IMG/VR virus record: IMGVR_UViG_3300022872_000001
Location: 64,001-128,000 of that record
DNA from: a virus
Reading direction: 5' to 3' (one strand)
DNA: 64,000 nucleotides
Shown: one piece after another, positions 1 to 8,749 of the stretch
Numbering within the stretch: the stretch's first letter is position 1
Layout: every line of letters begins with the position of its first letter
Made by a program: the position numbers and the translations under genes
The notes under the pieces: model-generated
The model's database searches: none
Seen by the model: the letters and a program-made list of their open reading frames with translations, nothing else
What the model was told of the DNA's origin: nothing

Positions 1-70
1 CTAGGTGATCCTGACCCTAAGCCCTTAGTCTAGTAAATACTACATGTCAATATTGATTTAAAGGAACATT

Positions 71-670
71 ATGTCTCTCATCTTTTCCAAGCTTACTGAA
101 GCAAATAAGAAACATTTTTTGGGATTTATCGGAGTTGATCCTGCTGAATTCTTGGCAGCACAATCCGAGGTACCAGCTAAGGTAGCTACCGCTGTGCAGC
201 GCATTAAAAACATGCCATTCGCTATTGAATCCACTTACGTTGGTCACTCCGGTGGCAAGGATTCAGTTCTGGTTCGGTACCTGGCGGATTTGGCAATTGA
301 TTATTTGCCGACGGTACATTCAACCAAACTAGAGGGGGTTCCGAATGAAGTTCATCCTTTAACGCGTGAATTTTTGTATGAACAACCTCGCGTCATTACA
401 TATTCTCCTTTGGATCTTATGCCTTCACTAGGCTATAAGACTCAGATTGATGGCACGCGCATTGCTGAGCACGATCGTTCCAATGGTCGCGCTGTGGACG
501 TTGTGATTGACGGTAAGCAGGTCAGTCGTAAGGAACTACCGTTGTATTTGGAGAATGGTCTGTTCGGTTTAAACTTTGTTTATCCTATCTACGACTGGTC
601 TGACGCTGAAGTATGGGCAGCCATTGCTCATTACGATATCCCATTTTCGGAGGAATATTTGTATGGCTAA
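71..670 (+). CDS. PAPS-reductase-family / PP-loop adenine nucleotide alpha-hydrolase-like protein
   Basis: PP-loop HSGGKDS; C-terminal YPIYDWSDAEVW matches the PIxDWxxxxVW signature of the PAPS reductase family; aagga RBS upstream. Confidence 0.75.
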   Translation: MSLIFSKLTEANKKHFLGFIGVDPAEFLAAQSEVPAKVATAVQRIKNMPFAIESTYVGHSGGKDSVLVRYLADLAIDYLPTVHSTKLEGVPNEVHPLTREFLYEQPRVITYSPLDLMPSLGYKTQIDGTRIAEHDRSNGRAVDVVIDGKQVSRKELPLYLENGLFGLNFVYPIYDWSDAEVWAAIAHYDIPFSEEYLYG

Positions 671-1352
671 TAAATATGGATCTATCATTTTTGCTCCTCA
701 CGTGGATGATGAGATAATCGGATGCTGGAGGTATCTCAAACCTCCATGCGCACATACGAAGGTTTTTTACTTTTATGAATTGTCAGCCACACGTCGGCGG
801 GAGGCATTCGAAAGTAGCCTGGCTTTAGGTTTCGATATTAGTTTTGAACCTACTGAAAAAGAAATCCTCGCTCATGTAGAATCTGCGTTTATCGTTCTTG
901 TACCTAGTCGCAAGGATAGCCACGCTGACCATAAAAAAATTAATGCCAAATATCGGCATTTGGCCACATCTTTTTATTCGGTGGATATGGTTGATGCTTT
1001 AACTCTTCCAGAGAAGGAAGCTAAGGATAAATTGGATGTACTGAATAAGTATTATCCATCCCAGGCTGAGCTGTGGCAGTCGAATGCCAAATACTATCTG
1101 TTTGAGAGTGTTCACAAAACAGATTATGATTCGTATTCGACCTGGACATTCCTAGATAACAATGAGGTAATTGGTAACCTTAAAATAACGGTAAAAACCG
1201 AATATAAGGAACAGGTGAGTGCTGCCTTGGATAAGCTACACGCCGTAGGTTGTTATTCGTTGAGCCATTTAATGGATATCGCCCTCAGTAATGCCCCGTC
1301 AGGTAAGGTCATTATTACAGACCCCGTAAATAACATTCGATTGGAAGCATAA
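663..1352 (+). CDS. PIG-L/LmbE-family deacetylase-like protein
   Basis: APHVDDE and HADH metal-binding motifs; start moved to ATG 663, which follows a ggagg RBS and overlaps the previous stop. Confidence 0.7.
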   Translation: MANKYGSIIFAPHVDDEIIGCWRYLKPPCAHTKVFYFYELSATRRREAFESSLALGFDISFEPTEKEILAHVESAFIVLVPSRKDSHADHKKINAKYRHLATSFYSVDMVDALTLPEKEAKDKLDVLNKYYPSQAELWQSNAKYYLFESVHKTDYDSYSTWTFLDNNEVIGNLKITVKTEYKEQVSAALDKLHAVGCYSLSHLMDIALSNAPSGKVIITDPVNNIRLEA

Positions 1353-1793
1353 ATGAAAATCGGAATTGAAGTTGAAGGACGTTTACGTGGTATCAAAACG
1401 ATCTTCATTGATCATACAGAGACTACCTCTCTTAAAGATTTATTGGATACGGATGCGCGTCTTGCTCATATAGGTCATATCTATATTTCGGATATTCCTT
1501 CGACTTGGGATGAATCTAACCTTATGCCCTTGGGTTGGGTATTTGATGGTTACACAATAACAATGGAGGTAACCAATAGCTTAATGGATAGATCCGTGTT
1601 GCCATCCAATATTTCCTTGATGTTGAATGTTGAAGGTATAGGTGACGACGGTTCTTCTTTTTATGAGCACATTGAAAACCTTCTACCTGATGACCAGGTA
1701 AAGTTCAATAACGGATTGAATGTTCTGTGCGTAAGCAAGCGGCATTTTATCCAAACCACTCCTGCTGAATTCCTGGATGATACGGAGATTTAA
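1353..1793 (+). CDS. hypothetical protein of the modification cluster
   Basis: 146-aa ORF abutting both neighbours with no gap; no motif recognised. Confidence 0.7.
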   Translation: MKIGIEVEGRLRGIKTIFIDHTETTSLKDLLDTDARLAHIGHIYISDIPSTWDESNLMPLGWVFDGYTITMEVTNSLMDRSVLPSNISLMLNVEGIGDDGSSFYEHIENLLPDDQVKFNNGLNVLCVSKRHFIQTTPAEFLDDTEI

Positions 1794-2942
1794 ATGACTG
1801 ATCTTATAATCGTGCCACTGGAGCCCCTGGTTGAAAGATATACGGGAGCCTGGTACGAACATATACCAACCGAATTCCGGCGTGTAAACTTTAACGTCAA
1901 GGTAATTGATGGCGTTACACTTGCATCCGAAGTAGTAGTTGGTACGTTTTTGGATATTAACTCTACTGCAAATTACAAATTCTCGCAGTTGATGGTAATC
2001 TCCAAGATGTTTCACAATAAGGAAATTAAGGACGGTACCGTATTCTTCTTTTCGGATATCGAATTCTGGGGATTGGAATCCGTTCGCCTTCTTGCGCAGA
2101 TGAATGGTATCAAAGTATTTTTGACAGGTTTCCTACACGCGGCTTCCTACACCAAGGAAGACGCTTTTGCCATTGCGGCACCTTATCAGCAATACACTGA
2201 ACTTGGCTGGTTGGCTGCTTTGGATTTGATCTTCGTTGGTTCGCTATATCACAAGAAGCAGGTACTCAATCTCCGTATTCTACCTCTTGCACAATCGGAA
2301 AGGGAGGTCGTTTCCATGGGAAATAAGATTCGCGTAACAAAGAATCCTATATTCCTGCAAGATTACCCTGCACTTGATACAGGCAATAAAAAGAAGAAGG
2401 TCCTGTTGACCAATCGCTTTGATATTGAAAAACGTCCGAATGAAACGTTGGAATTATTCTTCCGACTGAAAATTGAATTTCCAGAATGGGAATTTGTGGT
2501 GACTACTTCCAGGTCTTCCTTCAAAGGCAATAATCAGTTGATTATTAAGGAAGCCTTGCAGTTAGAGAATGAAGGTGTAATCACCATCAAGGCAGGACTA
2601 ACCAAACTCCAGTATTATCAGGAGCTAGCCGAATCAGCAATTATGGTAACGCATTCAATTGAAGAGAACTACGGCTATTGCATAGCTGAATCTCTGATTT
2701 ACGGTTGTGCCCCTTTGATGCGTAAGGGGTTAAGTCACTCAGAATTTACCGACACTGATGCTTTACTATTTGATTCATCCGGTGCCGCTCCTTACATAGT
2801 AGCAGACCCCGGTTCGGATTACGTTAAGCTTCGGACGCTTATGGCTACCTTCGGTACTCCTGCTTTCCCTAAAATACCATTCTTGGATACTTCAGGTATG
2901 GCTAACATCATCAAAGAGATACAGAACCTCACGGGAACATAA
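1794..2942 (+). CDS. GT-B fold (GT4-like) glycosyltransferase
   Basis: NRFDIEKRP and EENYGYCIAESLIYGCAPL (E-x7-E-like nucleotide-sugar-binding motif); typical size. Confidence 0.75.
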   Translation: MTDLIIVPLEPLVERYTGAWYEHIPTEFRRVNFNVKVIDGVTLASEVVVGTFLDINSTANYKFSQLMVISKMFHNKEIKDGTVFFFSDIEFWGLESVRLLAQMNGIKVFLTGFLHAASYTKEDAFAIAAPYQQYTELGWLAALDLIFVGSLYHKKQVLNLRILPLAQSEREVVSMGNKIRVTKNPIFLQDYPALDTGNKKKKVLLTNRFDIEKRPNETLELFFRLKIEFPEWEFVVTTSRSSFKGNNQLIIKEALQLENEGVITIKAGLTKLQYYQELAESAIMVTHSIEENYGYCIAESLIYGCAPLMRKGLSHSEFTDTDALLFDSSGAAPYIVADPGSDYVKLRTLMATFGTPAFPKIPFLDTSGMANIIKEIQNLTGT

Positions 2943-2943
2943 C

Positions 2944-4254
2944 ATGTCAGTCAATTACGTTGCAGCTGGAATCGAAGCTTACTCTGGCACACCTGGGCAG
3001 CTTCACGTTACGTATGAAGCCAACGAAAAAGAATCCTCTCACTTTGGTAGGAAATATAAACAATGGCTTACCACAGATAAGACGATAACGTACGCCAAAG
3101 GAGGTGGTAAGAAATCCATTATGGCTGCACCCTCTGACGTAATGGTACCTATCGGTTCCGCTGCTTTCGTTAAGGCATGTGGCTTAACTAAGATTCTGGC
3201 AAATCCTATCCATAAGAGTTTTGATAAGACCGCGTTTGAAGCTTTAGGTATTGAATCTATTGTGGATTCAGGAGGCTTCCAGATGTTGAAAGGAACTGTG
3301 CCTTTCGTACATCCGGATGATGTGGTCAAACGCTATAACGACACAGCCAATATTGGTATGCCCTTGGACTTACCTGTGCGTGGTTCTGTTGAGCATCTGT
3401 ATTTTGATCCGGTATCCAAGATGATCAAAGCCAACGATAAATATATTCTGGATAGGCTGAATCCGGGTATTGATCTGGCTTTGATTAGTCATGGTACGTC
3501 CTTGGAAAGGCGCAAACGTCGCTTGGATGTCCTTGATCGGGATGCGAAAGTTATAGCCATTGCAGGTTTGAACATTAAACCTGCGCCGGGTGTTGACCAT
3601 GTCTACAATTCAGTAGAGAATTTGATGTACGTCATCCATAGGTATCATAAGACTGCACGATACTTCCACGTCCTAGGTGTTACGTCCAAGCTATGGATTT
3701 TTATATACGCACTTCTGGACGCTACAGGCTATGTGAAGTCTATTGGTGGAGATTCGGTCAGCCATAGACTGGGTGCCTTAGTAGGTATGTACGACACCTA
3801 TGATTTTGACTCAGTAGAATTGAATCGTAAGACGCCTTACAAAACATCTCTTCCATGCAATTGCCCTATCTGCTCGGTAGTAGATGATTCGCGCATCATT
3901 CAGGAATCTATGATCTTGGAGAGTCACAATCTATGGGTTAGGTCTAAGCAGACAGAATTACTGAGCGATATGGCAAAATCTTATGTCAAGGGAACCTTGC
4001 CTATACGGGAGGTTTATAAGATTCTCCGTCTCACCATGGGTGAACCTCGTTTCGTTGCCATGATTCGTTACATAGAGGAAATCATGGTGACCAATAAATT
4101 CAAACCATTAAGGCATGGTAAAAAGGCTGGCTCCTTATTTGCAGTAGCCCCCAAACATGAAATCTCGGATTCAACCAAAGCCTTAAGCGGTCACTACAAA
4201 GAGGTACTTTCGAAATATGAAAAATTCCACAAAGTTAGTTTCTTCAAAAAATAA
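2944..4254 (+). CDS. tRNA-guanine transglycosylase / DpdA-like 7-deazaguanine insertion enzyme
   Basis: IVDSGGFQ catalytic motif, HVLGV, and Zn site CNCPIC...HN; lies next to folE and queE. Confidence 0.8.
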   Translation: MSVNYVAAGIEAYSGTPGQLHVTYEANEKESSHFGRKYKQWLTTDKTITYAKGGGKKSIMAAPSDVMVPIGSAAFVKACGLTKILANPIHKSFDKTAFEALGIESIVDSGGFQMLKGTVPFVHPDDVVKRYNDTANIGMPLDLPVRGSVEHLYFDPVSKMIKANDKYILDRLNPGIDLALISHGTSLERRKRRLDVLDRDAKVIAIAGLNIKPAPGVDHVYNSVENLMYVIHRYHKTARYFHVLGVTSKLWIFIYALLDATGYVKSIGGDSVSHRLGALVGMYDTYDFDSVELNRKTPYKTSLPCNCPICSVVDDSRIIQESMILESHNLWVRSKQTELLSDMAKSYVKGTLPIREVYKILRLTMGEPRFVAMIRYIEEIMVTNKFKPLRHGKKAGSLFAVAPKHEISDSTKALSGHYKEVLSKYEKFHKVSFFKK

Positions 4255-4654
4255 GAAGGATAAGAGTAAAAATAAGAGTAAAAATAAGAGTAAGGATAAA
4301 ACCAAGAAGAAACCGTTGGTACGCACCTTAGGTGGTTTGGTATTTTATCCGAAACTTAAGAAAACCCGCACTGATATTTTTTATTCAGTTGCAGAATGGA
4401 TAGAAGCTAAGAAGCCAGACAATGTTTATATCCATGATGCCCTGGAAACCTTGAATACAGCGAACATTGAAATAGTTGACGCTGTGTGTCACAGAGGTGT
4501 TTATACGAAAACCATAGTTCGACCTATGGTTACAACCACAGTAAATAAGATAGGATTACGCAATTTGCATCCGCGACAAAGTCCTACAATGGTTAAAACT
4601 ATGGCCGGCATTCACGTTGCTGACGTGCGCGACCATCACAAAATGGTCTACTAA
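4217..4654 (+). CDS. hypothetical protein with Lys-rich N-terminus
   Basis: 145-aa ORF with a KNKS tandem repeat at the N-terminus. Confidence 0.55.
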   Translation: MKNSTKLVSSKNKKDKSKNKSKNKSKDKTKKKPLVRTLGGLVFYPKLKKTRTDIFYSVAEWIEAKKPDNVYIHDALETLNTANIEIVDAVCHRGVYTKTIVRPMVTTTVNKIGLRNLHPRQSPTMVKTMAGIHVADVRDHHKMVY

Positions 4655-4667
4655 CAAGGAATTATTT

Positions 4668-5330
4668 ATGCAATATTCAAAAGATGTGGAAGTAGGAATG
4701 GCTGTTCATGAACACCTAATTGCGCGTGGTGTTGAGACTCCCTTCACTTTCAAAGAGCCTAATAAGGCCTCGATTGAACAGCATTTCATCGGCATCATGC
4801 AGGAGATCGGTTTGGACCTAGCAGATGATTCATTGATCGAAACACCAAAACGATTAGCCAAGCTATACACTACCGAGTTCTGTTCTGGTTTAGACTATCG
4901 TAATTTCCCCAAAGCTACCGTGGTAGAAAACAAGATGTGCTATGACGAAATGGTTCTGGAACGGAATGTACAGGTATACAGTCTCTGTGAACATCATTTT
5001 TTACCTGTGGTAGGCGGAGCCTTCGTGGCTTACATTCCGAATGAAAAGGTAATCGGTCTGTCCAAGCTTAATCGTATCGTTGACTTCTTTAGCCGTCGTC
5101 CTCAGATTCAGGAACGGTTAACTGCGCAGATTCAGGAGACCCTTAAGTTTCTTTTGGAAACGGATAACGTTGCGGTAGTCATTCAAGCTGAACATATGTG
5201 CGTTAAGCTGCGTGGTGTTGAGGATGCTTGCAGTGACACTACAACATCGAAATTGAGCGGCACATTCAAGACCAATCCTACTACGCGGGCTGAATTCTTC
5301 TCCCTGTGCAAAGGCTTGTTGCCTGTATGA
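4668..5330 (+). CDS. folE: GTP cyclohydrolase I
   Basis: ETPKRLAK, SLCEHHFLP, GLSKLNRIV...RRPQIQERLT, HMCVKLRGV motifs; start set to ATG 4668 (aagga RBS). Confidence 0.95.
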   Translation: MQYSKDVEVGMAVHEHLIARGVETPFTFKEPNKASIEQHFIGIMQEIGLDLADDSLIETPKRLAKLYTTEFCSGLDYRNFPKATVVENKMCYDEMVLERNVQVYSLCEHHFLPVVGGAFVAYIPNEKVIGLSKLNRIVDFFSRRPQIQERLTAQIQETLKFLLETDNVAVVIQAEHMCVKLRGVEDACSDTTTSKLSGTFKTNPTTRAEFFSLCKGLLPV

Positions 5331-5356
5331 TATCACCTGATTCCGAAGGACACATA

Positions 5357-5821
5357 ATGGCCATCCTTGAATTAACAAATAAGCCTATCATTGCAGATAT
5401 CGACGGATGCTGTTTAGATCCTGAGGAACGTATTCCTAACGCTGAGGCTAAGGATTGGGAAGGATACCATGCATTATGGCGCACAGACACGCCAATTATG
5501 GCGGGTTGCCTTACCTACGCCTTGTTCATCGAGTCAGGTCACAATCTGATTTTCGTTACAGCCCGGGAAGAAAAAGCCAGGGAATACACTCTGTTCCAAC
5601 TTCGGAAGTTCATATCACCTAACGTAACCTCTGATATGTTGTTGATGCGGCCCAATGACAGCTATTCCATTCCGGATGTGGTATTGAAACCCCAATTGGT
5701 TCAGGACGCAGGTTACAAAATTGAGGATATCTTGATGGTATTCGAAGACCGAACTGTAATGGTTAATGAGTGGCGACGATTGGGTGTCATCTGTTATCAA
5801 ACCGCACAACGCGACGATTAA
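5357..5821 (+). CDS. HAD-superfamily phosphatase (PseT/PNKP 3'-phosphatase-like)
   Basis: DIDG motif I, VTARE motif II, LMRP, FEDR; RBS before ATG 5357. Confidence 0.75.
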   Translation: MAILELTNKPIIADIDGCCLDPEERIPNAEAKDWEGYHALWRTDTPIMAGCLTYALFIESGHNLIFVTAREEKAREYTLFQLRKFISPNVTSDMLLMRPNDSYSIPDVVLKPQLVQDAGYKIEDILMVFEDRTVMVNEWRRLGVICYQTAQRDD

Positions 5822-5828
5822 GGCTCCT

Positions 5829-6089
5829 ATGGCTTTCTCTCTGTTTCCCAAATTGGTATATGGAATACAAAAGGTAACGTTTCATCCTAAATCAGCTATA
5901 GATTATATACTGGGTGATACGGTATACGTAATTATGGATCCCTTGGAACCTAGCATGGGAGCAGAGGGAATAATAACCCTAGTTTATCCGGATGACACAT
6001 ATCAGGTTGTTCTCACAGGTTTGAATGTTGGCGTATCTTTGCGCGTAAATAAGAAACAGTTAATAAATAAAAGGTTTGAAAATGAGTAA
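5829..6089 (+). CDS. hypothetical protein (possible SH3/KOW-like C-terminus)
   Basis: ORF fills the gap between HAD and queE; beta-rich pattern only. Confidence 0.5.
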   Translation: MAFSLFPKLVYGIQKVTFHPKSAIDYILGDTVYVIMDPLEPSMGAEGIITLVYPDDTYQVVLTGLNVGVSLRVNKKQLINKRFENE

Positions 6090-6888
6090 AGTTATCCCTA
6101 TAGTTTCTGTCATTCAAAATGTGGATCGTAACGTAAAAGCTAAGGAATATGATGCATTAGATGGCGATCTTCTCGTCACTTCCATATTCCGCACCATTCA
6201 AGGCGAAGGTCCCTACGCAGGTTACCCTTCTGTCTTCGTTCGGTTAGCTGGTTGCAACTTTGGTTCCAAGGATTCCAATTGCCAGTTTTGTGATTCTTTT
6301 TTCGGATTCGATCAAGGCCGGCGTGTTTCTTCCTTGCAGCTACTTGAAGAACTTACCAGTCTGCCAGGTTATAACTCTCAGGATGTGTTGGTCGTCACAG
6401 GCGGCGAGCCAACGCTGCAACTCGCACTTATCGAATTGTTGGTTAAGGCTAACCTGTATTTCGCGCATGTGCAGATTGAAACGAATGGTACTCAGTCTGG
6501 ATTCTTTAAGCGCGTAGAAGAATTGAATGTCCAGCGTCAGTTCATGACCGTGGTGAGCCCTAAGGCATCCTACCTAGCTAAGCGCTATTCGGAGCTTTCT
6601 CCTATCGTTATGTGGAACGCTACCTGTTTGAAGTTTGTTGTTGATTCCGATCCTGAAAGTCCACATCATATCGTGCCTCAATGGGCTTTTGATTCGCAGA
6701 AGAAGATCTACGTTTCTCCTATGGCAGTGTATCTCAAACCTTATGCTGGTGAAGTATCCAGCATCTGGGAGGACGGTTTGATCGATAAGGCAGCTACTGA
6801 AAAGAACTACAAATATGCGGCTGAGTACGCAATGAAACATAATGTCCTACTGTCGGTACAGACACATTTATTCCTGGGGTTGGCATAA
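6082..6888 (+). CDS. queE: 7-carboxy-7-deazaguanine synthase (radical SAM)
   Basis: IFRTIQGEGPYAGYPSVFVRLAGCN...CQFCDS, VVTGGEPTLQ, IETNG, SVQTH. Confidence 0.93.
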   Translation: MSKVIPIVSVIQNVDRNVKAKEYDALDGDLLVTSIFRTIQGEGPYAGYPSVFVRLAGCNFGSKDSNCQFCDSFFGFDQGRRVSSLQLLEELTSLPGYNSQDVLVVTGGEPTLQLALIELLVKANLYFAHVQIETNGTQSGFFKRVEELNVQRQFMTVVSPKASYLAKRYSELSPIVMWNATCLKFVVDSDPESPHHIVPQWAFDSQKKIYVSPMAVYLKPYAGEVSSIWEDGLIDKAATEKNYKYAAEYAMKHNVLLSVQTHLFLGLA

Positions 6889-7133
6889 TGGATGACGATC
6901 AACTTCTTCCGTACATAGATACGGTAGCACCTACTCATGAGCGCTTGAGCTGTACGGATACCTCGCCGTGCAACTCGCGCTATGCACCTGATGATTTTGG
7001 TGGTTGTTATCGGTGCACCTTGCTTGCAGCACGTAGGCAAGGTATAGAGGAGGCTGCGCAGTTTATTCTTACTCATCCAAAGAAGAATTCGCCCCGCGCC
7101 AAGTTGGTTAAAGACCTATTGGAGATACCATGA
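6888..7133 (+). CDS. hypothetical protein with Cys cluster
   Basis: Stop-start overlap with queE; CTDxxPC...CYRC. Confidence 0.6.
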   Translation: MDDDQLLPYIDTVAPTHERLSCTDTSPCNSRYAPDDFGGCYRCTLLAARRQGIEEAAQFILTHPKKNSPRAKLVKDLLEIP

Positions 7134-7236
7134 CCTCTGCTTCTAATCCGGTAATAATAAGGTGCACAATACCAAGGGTGACCGCAAGGCTAAAGCTAAA
7201 CAAGCAAAACAGTCACGCAAGAGGAATAGAAAATGA
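7130..7236 (+). pseudogene. frameshifted small basic protein (paralog of 7233 and 7478 ORFs)
   Basis: ggag RBS and ATG at 7130; the shifted frame from 7150 reads GNNKVHNTKGDRKAKAKQAKQSRKRNRK* and ends in an ATGA overlap with the next gene. Confidence 0.5.
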
Positions 7237-7481
7237 GTCCATTAGATGACGACGATCCTTTAATTACCCAGCCTACTGTAATTGATGAATCTTCTATTCT
7301 CCCAATATATCGTGCACCTACGGTAGATGATGAAATGGGTGGTATAGACGGGCGTAACCATAACGGTTTCTTTAAGAACTACGTAGAGCGCATTGGTAAT
7401 AATAAAGCACATCGCCCTATAAAGAAACGTAGGACTTTAGCCAAGCTGGTAAAGCAATCGCGCAGGAGGAATAGAAAATGA
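7233..7481 (+). CDS. small protein with basic C-terminal tail
   Basis: Acidic N-terminus, then GNNK...KQSRRRNRK*; ATGA overlaps. Confidence 0.6.
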   Translation: MSPLDDDDPLITQPTVIDESSILPIYRAPTVDDEMGGIDGRNHNGFFKNYVERIGNNKAHRPIKKRRTLAKLVKQSRRRNRK

Positions 7482-7708
7482 ATACCCCAAGATATAACTT
7501 TATGTTGGCAGCCATAGCTGCATTAGGTACTGTAGGTACACCCGTAGAGCGTAAGGAATATCAGCCACCTAGTGAACCTAGTGCGGTTTACAAAGGCCCT
7601 GAAGGTGTTTGTCGCTGCGGTAACAACAAGAAATTCAAAACCTTTGATGAGCGTAAGGCGAAGAAGGCTGCAAAGAAGAGTCGGCAGCGTAATCGGAGAA
7701 TGAAATGA
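7478..7708 (+). CDS. small basic protein with degenerate SEC-C-like motif
   Basis: CRCGNNKKFK resembles the SEC-C CxCGSGKKYK; basic tail KKSRQRNRR. Confidence 0.55.
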   Translation: MNTPRYNFMLAAIAALGTVGTPVERKEYQPPSEPSAVYKGPEGVCRCGNNKKFKTFDERKAKKAAKKSRQRNRRMK

Positions 7709-8232
7709 AACGCTGGAAAAGAACGGATGGATACGTTCGCTATTATAAACCGGACATATCAAGATCAAAACGCCGCAAGCACTATCAATCCAAAGGTCGT
7801 GGTTACAATGTACGTAGATCGGATCGCCCTCGTTATACCTCGAAGGCGTATAAGGAATACGTAGCTTTCTATTCGGCTGAATACCGTGGTTACACATTAG
7901 GTGAACTAATGGCAACCGAGCTTTACGAAGAATCCAATAGGCCTGGTTTTATGAGTCGCATCCTAGGGCTTAAGAATGTTATGACTCCCGAAACTCCTGA
8001 AGAGAAGGAACGTCGTATACGGAGAGAGATTTATAAGGAACACACAAAGCCGTATGATCGCCGTAAGAGTTATAAACTGACCGATGAAATGCGGGAAACC
8101 TACAAACGTAAGAAATCGGAAGCCGATGCGAAGTCTCCAGGAATGTTTCCTATACTCTCTTCTTGGTTAACAAATTCAACAGGTATGCGTCTGGAAGAAA
8201 TTCTACGGGACTCTTTCAAAAATTACCCATAA
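7705..8232 (+). CDS. hypothetical basic protein
   Basis: 175-aa ORF, ATGA overlap, R/K/Y-rich. Confidence 0.6.
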   Translation: MKRWKRTDGYVRYYKPDISRSKRRKHYQSKGRGYNVRRSDRPRYTSKAYKEYVAFYSAEYRGYTLGELMATELYEESNRPGFMSRILGLKNVMTPETPEEKERRIRREIYKEHTKPYDRRKSYKLTDEMRETYKRKKSEADAKSPGMFPILSSWLTNSTGMRLEEILRDSFKNYP

Positions 8233-8245
8233 CTAAGGAATTATT

Positions 8246-8596
8246 ATGACTCAAATTTATAAAGACCACAACGGCGTTACTGTCACAGCTATTCCAGCGT
8301 CTGTTAAGATTGAAAATCTTCCTGTACAAGAGGGGCACGTCTACACTGTGGATTCAGGGATTCGCCAACAAGTTATTCACTTTCAGTCTGGTCCTGTCCC
8401 TACAAGTGGTGTCAACGGTTTGACCAACGAAGCTTTGCTAACCATCCTTATTCACCGTACAAAGATTCTTGATGCCAAATTCGGATGCGATGAGAACAAA
8501 CGTGCTATCCAACATATGGAAGAAGCCCTCGTAAACCTTGAGGTACGCACAGCACGTCGTATGGTTAGAGGTGTCGAAGGTAAGGAAGTTACATGA
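8246..8596 (+). CDS. tad1: Tad1-like cyclic-nucleotide sponge (anti-Thoeris/CBASS family)
   Basis: IHFQSGP...GVNGLTNEALLTILIHR...F.CDENKRAIQHMEEAL..L..R..RR..RGVEG aligns by eye with the conserved Tad1 C-terminal hairpin (FQxG...G...DLLxIxxDRL...F...EN..A..H.EEAL..M..R..DR..R.V.G). Confidence 0.8.
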   Translation: MTQIYKDHNGVTVTAIPASVKIENLPVQEGHVYTVDSGIRQQVIHFQSGPVPTSGVNGLTNEALLTILIHRTKILDAKFGCDENKRAIQHMEEALVNLEVRTARRMVRGVEGKEVT

Positions 8597-8712
8597 TTAA
8601 ATGTGAGGTTATAACTCCCTCTTTATCCTCTGCTGTAGCTGATTGGTATCAAAGGGCTGCCAATTCTCTAGAAGTTTCCCGTTTCCTATCTGGTTCCTCA
8701 TCTGTCTTTTGA
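8593..8712 (+). CDS. possible 39-aa small protein
   Basis: ATGA overlap with the preceding stop; below the ORF-track cutoff; no motif. Confidence 0.3.
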   Translation: MIKCEVITPSLSSAVADWYQRAANSLEVSRFLSGSSSVF

Positions 8713-8749
8713 CCTACCTCCGGACAGCACCTGGACTAAAACATTTATA

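Noticed and set aside
4250-4296. 12-bp tandem repeat (AAAAATAAGAGT) as a regulatory or phase-variable element
   Set aside because: In-frame multiple of 3 encoding KNKS; explained as protein low complexity
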